Of a stretch of 64,000 bases of DNA, positions 47,065 to 55,600 are shown in pieces; position 1 is the stretch's first letter; each line of letters opens with the position of its first letter. The notes beneath the pieces were generated by a model that was not told where the DNA came from, ran no database searches, and worked only from the letters and a program-made list of their open reading frames with translations. Position numbers and translations under genes: made by a program. Source of the stretch: a bacterium. Its GTDB lineage: Bacteria; Patescibacteriota; Andersenbacteria; UBA10190; CAIZMI01. Where the stretch lies: positions 129,467 to 193,466 of the forward strand of contig JAUSJG010000008.1 of the NCBI GenBank assembly GCA_030647555.1, written 5' to 3'.

Positions 47065-48279
47065 ATGAACGAAAAAATGAAAGCGGCGATTGCTCTGACG
47101 TCGAAGGTTCAGAGTGTAATGCGGGATGTGGAGACTCGGCACATTGGGCGCGCAGATGTGGTGCAAGCCACGTTTTTGGCGCTCGTGTCGGGGCGACCCG
47201 CGTTTTTCCTCGGCAGTCCCGGAACCGACAAAACCGGGGCGGTGCAGGACATGGCCAGGCAAATTGCCGGCGCCGTGTTCTATGATGTGTTGATGCCGAC
47301 CATCGTGTCGGTTGAGCAACTCCTTGTTGAGTCCACCTCGATCGAGGAAGCGTCCACAGCGGGAGGCGGAAAGTCAATCCGTACCCGTGACACGCTGGGA
47401 CGCGCCGCGTTGGCGCACTTGCTCTTTGCTGACGAGATCTGGAAAGCGGAACCCCGTGTTCTGCAGACCTTGATCGACTTGAGCAAGGGCGACGGGGTGC
47501 GTCACGAAGGCCAGATGGTGGCAACACCGTTGCTGGCTTTTCTCGCAGCATCGAACGAGTTGCCGGAAGCCGAGGGCAACCTCGGAGCGATCTGGTCTCG
47601 GATGACCATCCGCGTGGTGGTAAATCCGTTGGATCGCGCGGGCAAAAATGAGCTGGTGAAAGCCCGGCTCGCTCGCGCTACCGGAGGTAGCAAGACGGCC
47701 ACGCAGACGCTGACGCTCGCAGACATTGAAACTTTGCGAACGGCGCGAAAATACGTCGATATCCCGCAAGGCGTCATTGACGCAGTGTTGGATGTCTACC
47801 AGGAACTTGTTGACGACAAGTCAACGGACTTTTCCTGGGCGTGGGCGGATGACCGGCGGTTCGGTCGCGTGTTCGACGTCATGCAGGCGAAAGCTCTGCT
47901 TGACGGACGGACAGTGGTCAGCAAGCAGGATTTGGCGGTGCTGGAGTGGTTGCTCTGGGACGTTCCCGAGCACATTCCAGTCGTCAAAGCGAAGCTTGCT
48001 CCGTACTGTCGGACGCCGTTTTCCGACGCGCAGGAGGCGGTAGATGCACTGCTCACTCCGGGCGGAGTGGTCGAGTTGGTGCGAAACGGGGACAGGGTCA
48101 AGGGTGTTCAGGCTATCACGCAGTGTGAGGCCGCCCTGACCGAGCTGAAACGTCTCAAGGGGGAGGCGGACAGCGGGACGTCGTCTAGAATTGCCGACTT
48201 GGTAAAACAAGTCGAGGCAGTTAAAGATGACGTGATCGCAGTCGTGACCGGGGCCAAAATGCCCCAAAGGGGAAACTAA
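47065..48279 (+). CDS. MoxR-like AAA+ ATPase with a non-canonical Walker A (GSPGTDKT)
   Basis: VVQATFLALVSGRPAFFLGSPGTDKTG is the MoxR N-terminus. LLFADEIWKAEPRVLQTLIDL matches the Walker B / sensor region hhhhDE(I)(N/W)(R/K)A. The start was trimmed to MNEKMKAAIA after aaggaaaa. Confidence 0.7.
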   Translation: MNEKMKAAIALTSKVQSVMRDVETRHIGRADVVQATFLALVSGRPAFFLGSPGTDKTGAVQDMARQIAGAVFYDVLMPTIVSVEQLLVESTSIEEASTAGGGKSIRTRDTLGRAALAHLLFADEIWKAEPRVLQTLIDLSKGDGVRHEGQMVATPLLAFLAASNELPEAEGNLGAIWSRMTIRVVVNPLDRAGKNELVKARLARATGGSKTATQTLTLADIETLRTARKYVDIPQGVIDAVLDVYQELVDDKSTDFSWAWADDRRFGRVFDVMQAKALLDGRTVVSKQDLAVLEWLLWDVPEHIPVVKAKLAPYCRTPFSDAQEAVDALLTPGGVVELVRNGDRVKGVQAITQCEAALTELKRLKGEADSGTSSRIADLVKQVEAVKDDVIAVVTGAKMPQRGN

Positions 48280-48280
48280 G

Positions 48281-49957
48281 ATGGCCGAGAAGAAAGTCCG
48301 GCCGCTCACCCGGCAGGAGCTGATGCCCCAGCTGGTGACGGACGCGGATGCCTTCACGGCCCTGCGTTACATCCGTCACCGTGAGCAAATGCCGGCATTA
48401 CCCGAGCTTGCGGAAAAAGGACAGGAAGTCCTACCCGGAAGCGAAGGCGTGTTGGCGGATTTGTATGACGCGTTGTGGGATCCGGAGCCGAGCCTCAAGG
48501 AAGAGGTGGCGCCGGATCGGGAGTATTGGAAAAAACTCCTGGGCCAAACAATTGAAACGGCGGCCTTTCAGGAGTTGCACGCGGCTACACAGCTTAAGGA
48601 TCTGCAATCGGTCCTTGGGACAATCGCGATGGGCGAATCAGTCCTCGCGTTGGTATCAAAAAAGGACCGGGATGAACTCCAAAAGTTGAAAGAGGCGACG
48701 CAGGAAGCGGAAGACGTGGCGGACGAGGCGGGGCAGGCCGAAGCAAACGCGCAAGTGGCGCAAATGCTGGCGGATGCTGCTGCAGAACAGTCCGCGGGCG
48801 CGGGACAATCAGGTCAGCCGCAAACCGGTAAGCCTTCGGGCAAACCGGGAAGTGGCAAGGGACAGATGAGTCCCGACCAAGCGCGGAAAATCGCCAACGA
48901 GCTGGCGAAGACGGCGGCAAAAGCGCAAGCCGATGCCAAAGCCGCGCGGGAACAGGCCGATGAGAAACGGCTCAACGCGGAAATTCAGGCCGAGGATTTG
49001 TTGGGACAACCCGGCAGTGACAAGGCTGAGAAAAAACTGCGTGAGTTGACGCGAATCGGTTTGCAGGCCATCAAAGGTGCTCAAGCGAAGGTGGAGGAAG
49101 TTTCCGAAACCATCGAAGCTTGGGGGTTGGAGGATGGCGAGCTGACGCGCCAAGGGATTCCCGAAGCGTTGGCGCTTTTGCAACGCATGAAGCGAAGCGA
49201 AGCGCTGAAAAAGTTCGCCGGCCTTTTGGGTCGCCTGCGCAAAATCGCGGCGCGGAAAGCGCGTGCCAAAGTTTCGGGAGAAGGAGTGCGGGTCACGGTT
49301 CCGGAAACGGGTCGCGATATTCGCCGCGCTCACACCTCCGAATTGGTTGCACTTACTTCACCAGCCCTTCGTGTTAAAGGATTAACACGTTGGGCACGCG
49401 GTGAACTGCGGTTGGTAGGCCAGCGCGCCAAGCAAAAGCTTGGCCACGGTCCGGTGATCGTCTGTGAAGACGGATCCGGTTCGATGGATGGAGCCAAGCA
49501 ACAGTGGGCGAAAGGTGTGACGTTGTCACTCGCCCACTACGCGAAGATCCAAAAGCGGTCGTTCGGATGGGTGCTTTTTGACTCTGCTGTAAAGCAGGCG
49601 AAGGGTTACCCGCAAGGACGATTGTCTGCCGAGCAGATGCTGGAGCTGGCCGAGTCGCGGGCCGGCGGCGGAACGAATTTCGAAGTTCCGCTTCGCAAAG
49701 CCATGGAGATGATTCAGAAAGAAGGCCTCAAAAAAGCCGACATCTGTTTTATCACCGATGGCGAATGCGCGGTGAGCGATGAGTTTCTCCGGGAATTTCT
49801 GGCGGTCAAGAAGACGCACGAGGTCAACGTATTCACGGTTTTATGTGATGTTGGCTCGACGTCCGATGCGACCGTACGGCAGTTCTCGGATCGAGTGGTT
49901 CGCGTTTCCAGCTTCACGGCAGAAGAAGCGGAAAGTGCGGTGTTTGGTTCTTTGTAG
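48281..49957 (+). CDS. von Willebrand factor A (VWA) domain protein with a complete MIDAS; the N-terminal region plus a low-complexity acidic/Ala-Gln linker give a CobT/ViaA-like architecture
   Basis: VIVCEDGSGSMDG is DxSxS. ...GGTNFE supplies the Thr and ...FITDGEC the Asp. The start codon abuts the MoxR stop, consistent with translational coupling. Confidence 0.7.
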   Translation: MAEKKVRPLTRQELMPQLVTDADAFTALRYIRHREQMPALPELAEKGQEVLPGSEGVLADLYDALWDPEPSLKEEVAPDREYWKKLLGQTIETAAFQELHAATQLKDLQSVLGTIAMGESVLALVSKKDRDELQKLKEATQEAEDVADEAGQAEANAQVAQMLADAAAEQSAGAGQSGQPQTGKPSGKPGSGKGQMSPDQARKIANELAKTAAKAQADAKAAREQADEKRLNAEIQAEDLLGQPGSDKAEKKLRELTRIGLQAIKGAQAKVEEVSETIEAWGLEDGELTRQGIPEALALLQRMKRSEALKKFAGLLGRLRKIAARKARAKVSGEGVRVTVPETGRDIRRAHTSELVALTSPALRVKGLTRWARGELRLVGQRAKQKLGHGPVIVCEDGSGSMDGAKQQWAKGVTLSLAHYAKIQKRSFGWVLFDSAVKQAKGYPQGRLSAEQMLELAESRAGGGTNFEVPLRKAMEMIQKEGLKKADICFITDGECAVSDEFLREFLAVKKTHEVNVFTVLCDVGSTSDATVRQFSDRVVRVSSFTAEEAESAVFGSL

Positions 49958-49981
49958 CAGTAATTCTGCCACCGTTTGGGG

Positions 49982-50014
49982 AGTCCGGTTTTTGACTCCC
50001 CTCTTTTTTCTTCC
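49982..50014 (+). terminator. intrinsic terminator ggggagtccggtttttgactcccc + TCTTTTTTC
   Basis: An 8-bp stem followed by a U-tract. Confidence 0.55.
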
Positions 50015-50076
50015 TTTCCAGCTTCGTGTTGGAAGGAAAGAATTGAAGTAAACACAAAAACAAAAGGAGGCCTACC

Positions 50077-52038
50077 ATGGCCGAAGAAAAGTTGATTGTT
50101 TTGTTGGAAACCAGGGCGGGCAAGAATCCTGGCGAAGCGGTTGCCACCCACAACAGGCGGCAAATCGTCTTTTTGCCCCGAGGAACAACGGTTGGAGTCA
50201 ATGTCCGCGTCGTACTCGAAGAGATTACGACTAAAAAGGACAGCAACGGCCGTTCGATGTATCGCGGCGTACCCGCGCCAGTTGAGTACGTTGACAAGTG
50301 GAAGATCAACGGGGACGGAAGAGTTTCCAAAATCACCGTCTCTAAGGATTGGCTCGGCGGCGAACGGGAGGAAGGCGTAATTGAAACGCGTCAACCCGCC
50401 ACGCGTGACGGGTCACCGTGGACACAGACCGAAAGCACAGTAAGTTGGGGTGCAACTCTGGCAAACTGTGCCGTTGATCTCGTGGACACAACGACTACTC
50501 CGTTGGAAACGGAGTATGTCGAAGCGGGTCAACTCGTCTGGAGAAAGACGAGTGAACGAGTGGGGAAAAATACGCGTCGCGTTACCGTCACGGGTATTCG
50601 CGTAACCGCGTTAGATGCCACAACGTGGCAACCTGCCTATCCGCCAGACTGGCAGATTTCAGCGTCTGTGGCGTACGATGGCGGAACAGTTTCGACCAGC
50701 GTAACGTGGGCGAACGCGCCCAAAGAAACGCGGGACGAGATCGAGAACCGTTATTGTGTGTGCGCTTGCAGTCGACAGCGATACGATGTTCAGAATTCCG
50801 ATGGTTACGCCAAGTGCGAAAAGTGTCGGGAGAAAGAACACTGCGTGCGCTGTGGTAAGCAGGTCAAGGTTGCGGTCATTGCTGACCGCCTGATCTGCGC
50901 GAACTGCAGACCGTATGAAGATCGGGAACAGCTCATTAATCGGGTTGTGCCTAATCAGACACGGCAGGAGTTGGCGCAACAAGCGACACGGCTTTTGGCT
51001 GGAAATGTTGTGCCACGGGAGGCGGGAGAAGCGATTGTTCGCTCCACGCTCGGTCAAGTTGAACCGGATTGGAAACGTAATGGCGTAGTCGAGAAGTGTG
51101 TTGGGTACGCCTGGTATTACTTCTGCGAGGAGGGAGTCTACGGTTCCAAGTTTCCGTCGGCAGCGCTGCAGATTCTGCAGGGACTTCCGCAGGCGACCGG
51201 TAACGGCCTTGTTGACCTGGTTTCTTGGGTGGCTGGTCGTCAAAAACAGGAGGAGTGTGAGCGTTGTGGTGACTTCTTCTGTGAAAGTCAGGCTGGGAGA
51301 TTCTTCACTCCTTCGCCGAGCGAAAGTGAATTGCAAAACCTTTGTGTAGCAGTTCGGCTTCGCGGGTCGGAGGCAGATCGTATCGAGGCCCTACAGAAGT
51401 ATCGGGAACTGGTCGAAAAGCTAGGTTCCGATGCTAAGCAGGTAAGCGAAATCGCGGAAATCCTAAACTCGGATGAGCAGGACTACGCAGCAGTTCTTGT
51501 CAAAATTCACAACCTCGGAAAAGATCTGGCTTCGGCTGAACGAGGAGAAATTCTCGTGAATTTCGGCGGTCACTTTCGCATGATGGGCTACACTGGCCAG
51601 GCTCAATATTGGGTCATTCGGCCAGATGGTTCAGAACGCGAGCCTGACGAAGTTGATTACCGGAAACGGTACACTTCGGAAGGTAATAAAAAGTGGTGGC
51701 TGGTTAGTTCGGATGAGTTGGCGATTTCGTGGTTTAAGGGCACTACTGCCTCGAGCCATCAATGTGTCGTCGACAAACTTCCGGCTGGTGGGTGCACGCC
51801 CGAGCAACTGGCAACTGTTGCTCAACTCGAGCAAGAGCTTTCGGCTCGGTTCGAGGGCTCTCATGGTTGCAGTGGTGATCCGAGTCCTAACATCGGTGAG
51901 GGATGGAACCTCAAGTCGAAGGATGAACCGGACGTGGATGAACCCTACGAAATCGGTCCGCCCGCTCCAGCCAACACGTTGGATGTCCACAAACTTTTCG
52001 GCGGGCAGGTGCGAAAAAAACCCGCCGGTCGAAAGTAG
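50077..52038 (+). CDS. island gene F: 653-aa protein with a TRAM/OB-like N-terminus and two Cys-rich zinc-ribbon clusters
   Basis: The RBS is aaaaggagg. GEAVATHNRRQIVFLPRGTTVGVNVRVVLEEI follows a TRAM-like pattern. CVCACSRQRYD...CEKCREKEHCVRCGKQ...CANCRP and CERCGDFFCE are Cys clusters. Confidence 0.5.
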   Translation: MAEEKLIVLLETRAGKNPGEAVATHNRRQIVFLPRGTTVGVNVRVVLEEITTKKDSNGRSMYRGVPAPVEYVDKWKINGDGRVSKITVSKDWLGGEREEGVIETRQPATRDGSPWTQTESTVSWGATLANCAVDLVDTTTTPLETEYVEAGQLVWRKTSERVGKNTRRVTVTGIRVTALDATTWQPAYPPDWQISASVAYDGGTVSTSVTWANAPKETRDEIENRYCVCACSRQRYDVQNSDGYAKCEKCREKEHCVRCGKQVKVAVIADRLICANCRPYEDREQLINRVVPNQTRQELAQQATRLLAGNVVPREAGEAIVRSTLGQVEPDWKRNGVVEKCVGYAWYYFCEEGVYGSKFPSAALQILQGLPQATGNGLVDLVSWVAGRQKQEECERCGDFFCESQAGRFFTPSPSESELQNLCVAVRLRGSEADRIEALQKYRELVEKLGSDAKQVSEIAEILNSDEQDYAAVLVKIHNLGKDLASAERGEILVNFGGHFRMMGYTGQAQYWVIRPDGSEREPDEVDYRKRYTSEGNKKWWLVSSDELAISWFKGTTASSHQCVVDKLPAGGCTPEQLATVAQLEQELSARFEGSHGCSGDPSPNIGEGWNLKSKDEPDVDEPYEIGPPAPANTLDVHKLFGGQVRKKPAGRK

Positions 52039-52054
52039 TTTCACTGTTCTTTTT

Positions 52055-52090
52055 GGGGTCGTTGTTGGATACAACGACCCCTCTTTTCTC
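52055..52090 (+). terminator. intrinsic terminator ggggtcgttgttggatacaacgacccc + TCTTTTCTC
   Basis: An 11-bp stem. The same hairpin recurs at 52993-53026. Confidence 0.55.
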
Positions 52091-52140
52091 TAGCTCATGA
52101 GTGCTAGTCGCACTTGGTGAGCTGGAGTGAAAGTTTTTTC

Positions 52141-52182
52141 GGAGTCGACCAACCCGTCGCCATGGCGGGGAGGTCTTAACAA
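52141..52182 (+). promoter_or_regulatory. conserved 5'UTR copy 2 (GGAGTCGACCAACCCGTCGCCATGGCGGGGAGGTCTTAACAA)
   Basis: Matches 43164-43205. Confidence 0.55.
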
Positions 52183-52195
52183 CGGGAGAAAAAAC

Positions 52196-52948
52196 ATGGC
52201 GCGTTTCATTATGGTGGTGGTGATGATGATGGTGGTGGTGACCGCGCGGGCCGAGACGTTGACCGGAGAAAAGGTCGACGTTAGGATCGACGTGGAAGGC
52301 GTGTCCACGCGGTTTTTTGAGCCGCGAGATATCGCGGGTACGGTGGACGGAGGGTCGCAGGATGCGACCTATCGGTTCCGATACACCCTTCTCCAGCCCG
52401 GCGATGCGTATTCGATCGCGGTGCAATCACGGTCGAATGGTCTTCGGTACGGCATTGGAGTCGCCGTCGATGGCCGCTGTATCCTGACCGGCATGAAGGT
52501 GCCGGCGACGGTACAAATGGCCTCGAGTTGGCCGAACATGTACGTCGTTGGTGGCCGCGGTGGCGAGTTTCGCGGCTGGCGGGAGGATGCCGGAAACATC
52601 CGGCGGTTCGTGGTTTCCAGTGAGGACCGGTCGCTGGCGGCGACGCTTTGGAACGATCGATCCGCAACGGGGACGATCGTTGTCTCCATCTTCCGAGAAA
52701 CCCCATCGCAGGAGCCCATGATGAAGGGCGAGCGCGGGGTAAAAGGGCTCGGGACGGCCGCCGGCGAGCGCGAGGAATCGCGCGTCGTGTCGGTAGACTT
52801 TACATCTCGCCCGGTCGCGTACGAAGTCTTCGTACTTCGGTATGCGTCGAAACCCGAGTTGAAGAAGCTCGGGGTGTGGACGGAGGAGGCAGTCCCGAAC
52901 CGGTTCTGGCCGACGGAGAAACCGTTCATCGGCCGAATCCCCGAGTAG
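52196..52948 (+). CDS. island gene G: secreted protein (signal peptide MARFIMVVVMMMVVVTARA, about 250 aa), function unknown
   Basis: It has a hydrophobic N-terminus with an ARA cleavage-like site. The start was trimmed to the Met after gggagaaaaaac. Confidence 0.5.
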   Translation: MARFIMVVVMMMVVVTARAETLTGEKVDVRIDVEGVSTRFFEPRDIAGTVDGGSQDATYRFRYTLLQPGDAYSIAVQSRSNGLRYGIGVAVDGRCILTGMKVPATVQMASSWPNMYVVGGRGGEFRGWREDAGNIRRFVVSSEDRSLAATLWNDRSATGTIVVSIFRETPSQEPMMKGERGVKGLGTAAGEREESRVVSVDFTSRPVAYEVFVLRYASKPELKKLGVWTEEAVPNRFWPTEKPFIGRIPE

Positions 52949-52992
52949 TAGTTTTTCCCCGAAAAGGATTTCGGGACGAGTGTTCTTTGTCC

Positions 52993-53026
52993 GGGGTCGT
53001 TGTTGGAAACAACGACCCCGCTTTTC
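52993..53026 (+). terminator. intrinsic terminator ggggtcgttgttggaaacaacgacccc + GCTTTTC
   Basis: Near-identical to the hairpin at 52055. Confidence 0.55.
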
Positions 53027-53080
53027 TAAGGTTCATCGGAAACAGTTCGGTGGGTCTTAACGAAAGAACAAAATCTTTTC

Positions 53081-53146
53081 CATCAATGCCTAGTACACCG
53101 GCCTAAATTTATTTATTGCCGACAGTTGTACGAGGCATTGACGGGA
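53081..53146 (+). promoter_or_regulatory. conserved upstream inverted-repeat element copy 2
   Basis: catcaatgcctagtacaccggcctaaatttatttattgccgacagttgtacgaggcattgacggga. Confidence 0.55.
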
Positions 53147-53191
53147 CAAGAAAAAATGAGGTCGTTCTTAACATAACAAAGGGGACAAAAA

Positions 53192-53536
53192 ATGACGCGC
53201 ATGGAACGTGTCGTTGATTGGTTTTTGGGTGTGTATTTTCCGTTCATTACTATTTTTTCTGGCTTGTTTTTCGTGGTGTGGGTATATTTGACCACCAGGC
53301 CGGTACACGATTTTCCGGAATGGGGTTTTGTCTTGTTTATCTGTTGGGTGGTGGTGGCTGTGCCGGCTCTTCCTTTGATGATCCTCACGATAATTCAGGA
53401 AAAAATTCGGCGGATGAAAGATGAGGCCCAGTTTTATCGGGACTGCTACGTCATCACTTTTTGTGATGAGGGTGGCATCACCGAAGAGTCGGCCGTCGAA
53501 ACTGGAAATCCCTACCAAAGTCCGATTTATGAGTGA
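53192..53536 (+). CDS. island gene H: small 2-TM membrane protein (114 aa)
   Basis: The RBS is aaaggggac. There are two hydrophobic helices, then a soluble tail ending CDEGGITEESAVETG. Confidence 0.45.
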   Translation: MTRMERVVDWFLGVYFPFITIFSGLFFVVWVYLTTRPVHDFPEWGFVLFICWVVVAVPALPLMILTIIQEKIRRMKDEAQFYRDCYVITFCDEGGITEESAVETGNPYQSPIYE

Positions 53537-53585
53537 ACGGATTTTGGTAATTCATTTTCTCTACATATTTTTTGCGTCTCGAGTA

Positions 53586-53624
53586 CCACGTCATAACTCG
53601 CTGAGTTCTTACGTGGTTTTTTTA
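53586..53624 (+). terminator. intrinsic terminator ccacgtcataactcgctgagttcttacgtgg + TTTTTTT
   Basis: A hairpin followed by a 7-U tract. GC content drops immediately after it. Confidence 0.55.
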
Positions 53625-53689
53625 GAGCCCATCAATTTTTGGTGGTCTGTAATTAAAGTATATGTATAGATATATTGATACAATAAAAA

Positions 53690-53736
53690 CGGAGATTGCT
53701 TCGCCTCGCTGTTGCGATGGCTCGCAAAGACTGCGT
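53690..53736. repeat. short dispersed repeat CGGAGATTGCTTCG-N17-CTCGCAAAGAC, intergenic copy
   Basis: The copy at 54889-54933 shares both ends and lies inside murC. Confidence 0.45.
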
Positions 53737-53769
53737 TACACAGTCGCTAAAAGGCTATTGAGTCTAAAA

Positions 53770-54046
53770 ATCCCCCGTCGCTACCTCCTTCGCTAAAGCT
53801 TCGGAGGTCAAGAAAGCTTCGGGGGACGCAGTGAGAATCAGACCCTGGGAGGTCGGTTACGATCCGCCCGCCCATTTTAATAAATGGGCGAGGTTCAATT
53901 TTCTCTCCTGACCGTGTCGCCTAAAAAGCACGCGGGAATCAAACAGGCACCTCGGTCCGTATCATTTCTCACTGCGCCCACCGTAGCTCATCAGAGCGAA
54001 GGAGGGTTAACGACTCGATAGCCTTTTGGCGGTTTTTTTGTGCGTG
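53770..54046 (+). ncRNA. candidate structured leader / attenuator RNA upstream of murC (about 280 nt, ending in an intrinsic terminator)
   Basis: There are long-range pairings: cgtcgctacctccttcgct with agcgaaggagggttaacgac, and gacgcagtgagaa with ttctcactgcg. The terminal gccttttggc + GGTTTTTTT hairpin lies about 100 nt before the murC ATG. Confidence 0.3.
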
Positions 54047-54135
54047 AATGATGAATTATGATATATGATTTATGAATATCGACGGTTAGTTTCTCATAAA
54101 TCATCATTCATAAATCATTATTCATTTTGTGAATG
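54041..54135. repeat. AATGATGA-family AT-rich inverted repeat (gtgaatgatgaattatgat...atcatcattcataaatcattattcat)
   Basis: Read directly. Related copies at 10741, 19075 and 33896. Confidence 0.4.
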
Positions 54136-54153
54136 TTCAGCTATGATCAATAA

Positions 54154-55572
54154 ATGAATCAAACTTTCAAATCAGGTACAAAAGTGTATTGTTTAGGCGT
54201 TGGTGGTATCGGTCTTTCCGGTGTGGCACAGTGGATGAAAGAATTGGGTTGTGAAGTAAAAGGTTCCGATCGTGCAGTGTCATCTGTGACGCAAATGCTG
54301 GAAACCAAAGGTGTTTTAACAAAAATTGAAGAAGTGACAGAAAGTGTGCCGGAGAATACGGATATTGTTGTCTATTCCGACGCCTTACCATTTGAACATC
54401 CAGCCCGTGTTTTTGCTCGCGCGAAGGGAATCCGCGAAATGAATTACGCGCAATGTTTGGGGTTGTTGACGGAAGGGTATCGGTGTATTGCCGTTGCGGG
54501 AAGTCACGGCAAATCTACCACCACCGCGCTCATTGCCCACATCTTAACGGAGGCTGGTTTAGATCCCACTGTTGTTGTTGGAACAAAAGTTCCGACGCTG
54601 GGGAATGTAAATTTTCGTTTCGGGAGAAGCGATATTGTAGTGGTTGAGGCCGATGAATTTCGGAGCCATTTTCTGGAGCTTTCTCCAACGGTCGCAATTA
54701 TCAATAATATCGATCACGATCATGTCGATGTTTTTCCGACAATAGAATCTTATGTTGATGCTTTTAAAAAATTTGTTGTAAAAATAAAAGTTGGTGGGGA
54801 ACTTATATTGAATGTACACGATTCATATACTGAGAAATTGGCAGGGGAACGGGACGATATAAATGTAACTTTTTTTGAAAAGCGCGACGCGGAGATTGCT
54901 TCGGCTAGCCTGCGGGCAGCCTCGCAAAGACGGAATTATGTTGTTGATTTTCAAAAATATGACAACGGTCGGCAGTATTTTTCGGTGTCAAAAAATAATG
55001 TTTCGATGGGTGATTTTAATATTGCATTTCCAGGCGACCACATGTTGCTGGATGCTGTAGCTGCGATTGCGGCCGCAGTTCCTTTTCTGGATGATCTGGA
55101 AAAAATTCGTAACGCCATGGCCACTTTTCGTGGTACGTGGCGGCGTTTTGAGTTACTCGGAAAATATAAAAGTGCGACGGTGATTTCTGATTACGCGCAT
55201 CATCCAACAGAGGTGAAGGCGTTACTGCGTGGGACTCGACAGGCCTATCCAAATAAAAAAATTGTCATCGTTTTTCAACCCCATCAGAGCTCAAGAACAC
55301 AGGCATTTGGCAATGATTTTATTGAAGCGCTATCGCTGGCCGACGAAGTCCTTTTGGTTGAAGTATTTAGTGTTGCCGGACGAGATAATCCAAAAGATTT
55401 TTCCACTGATCGACATTGGGTTGAGGTCTTAAAACAGCGGGGCAAGGAGGCCTATTACGCTGAAGACTTGTTTGTGGCGGAGAAAATGTTGCGTGAAACA
55501 GAACCGACGGATGAGATTTTGTTGTTCGTGGGGGCGGGATCTATCGATCAATTGGCGCGGAAAATGGTCTAA
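54154..55572 (+). CDS. murC: UDP-N-acetylmuramate--L-alanine ligase
   Basis: The N-terminus has VYCLGVGGIGLSGVAQWMKELGCEVKGSD. The Mur-ligase P-loop AVAGSHGKSTTTALIA is present. Confidence 0.8.
   Translation: MNQTFKSGTKVYCLGVGGIGLSGVAQWMKELGCEVKGSDRAVSSVTQMLETKGVLTKIEEVTESVPENTDIVVYSDALPFEHPARVFARAKGIREMNYAQCLGLLTEGYRCIAVAGSHGKSTTTALIAHILTEAGLDPTVVVGTKVPTLGNVNFRFGRSDIVVVEADEFRSHFLELSPTVAIINNIDHDHVDVFPTIESYVDAFKKFVVKIKVGGELILNVHDSYTEKLAGERDDINVTFFEKRDAEIASASLRAASQRRNYVVDFQKYDNGRQYFSVSKNNVSMGDFNIAFPGDHMLLDAVAAIAAAVPFLDDLEKIRNAMATFRGTWRRFELLGKYKSATVISDYAHHPTEVKALLRGTRQAYPNKKIVIVFQPHQSSRTQAFGNDFIEALSLADEVLLVEVFSVAGRDNPKDFSTDRHWVEVLKQRGKEAYYAEDLFVAEKMLRETEPTDEILLFVGAGSIDQLARKMV
54889..54933. repeat. 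in-frame copy of the CGGAGATTGCTTCG...CTCGCAAAGAC repeat inside murC
   Basis: It encodes ...AEIASASLRAASQRR... in a segment that looks like an insertion between Mur-ligase domains. Confidence 0.45.
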
Positions 55573-55600
55573 TTGTTTCGCTTTATTGTTTAGTGATAGA

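Noticed and set aside
43084-53146. Integron attC sites as an explanation for the duplicated inverted-repeat elements between island genes
   Set aside because: There are no R''/R' core sites (RYYYAAC / GTTRRRY). The elements lie upstream (5') of genes rather than at cassette 3' ends, and no IntI is present.
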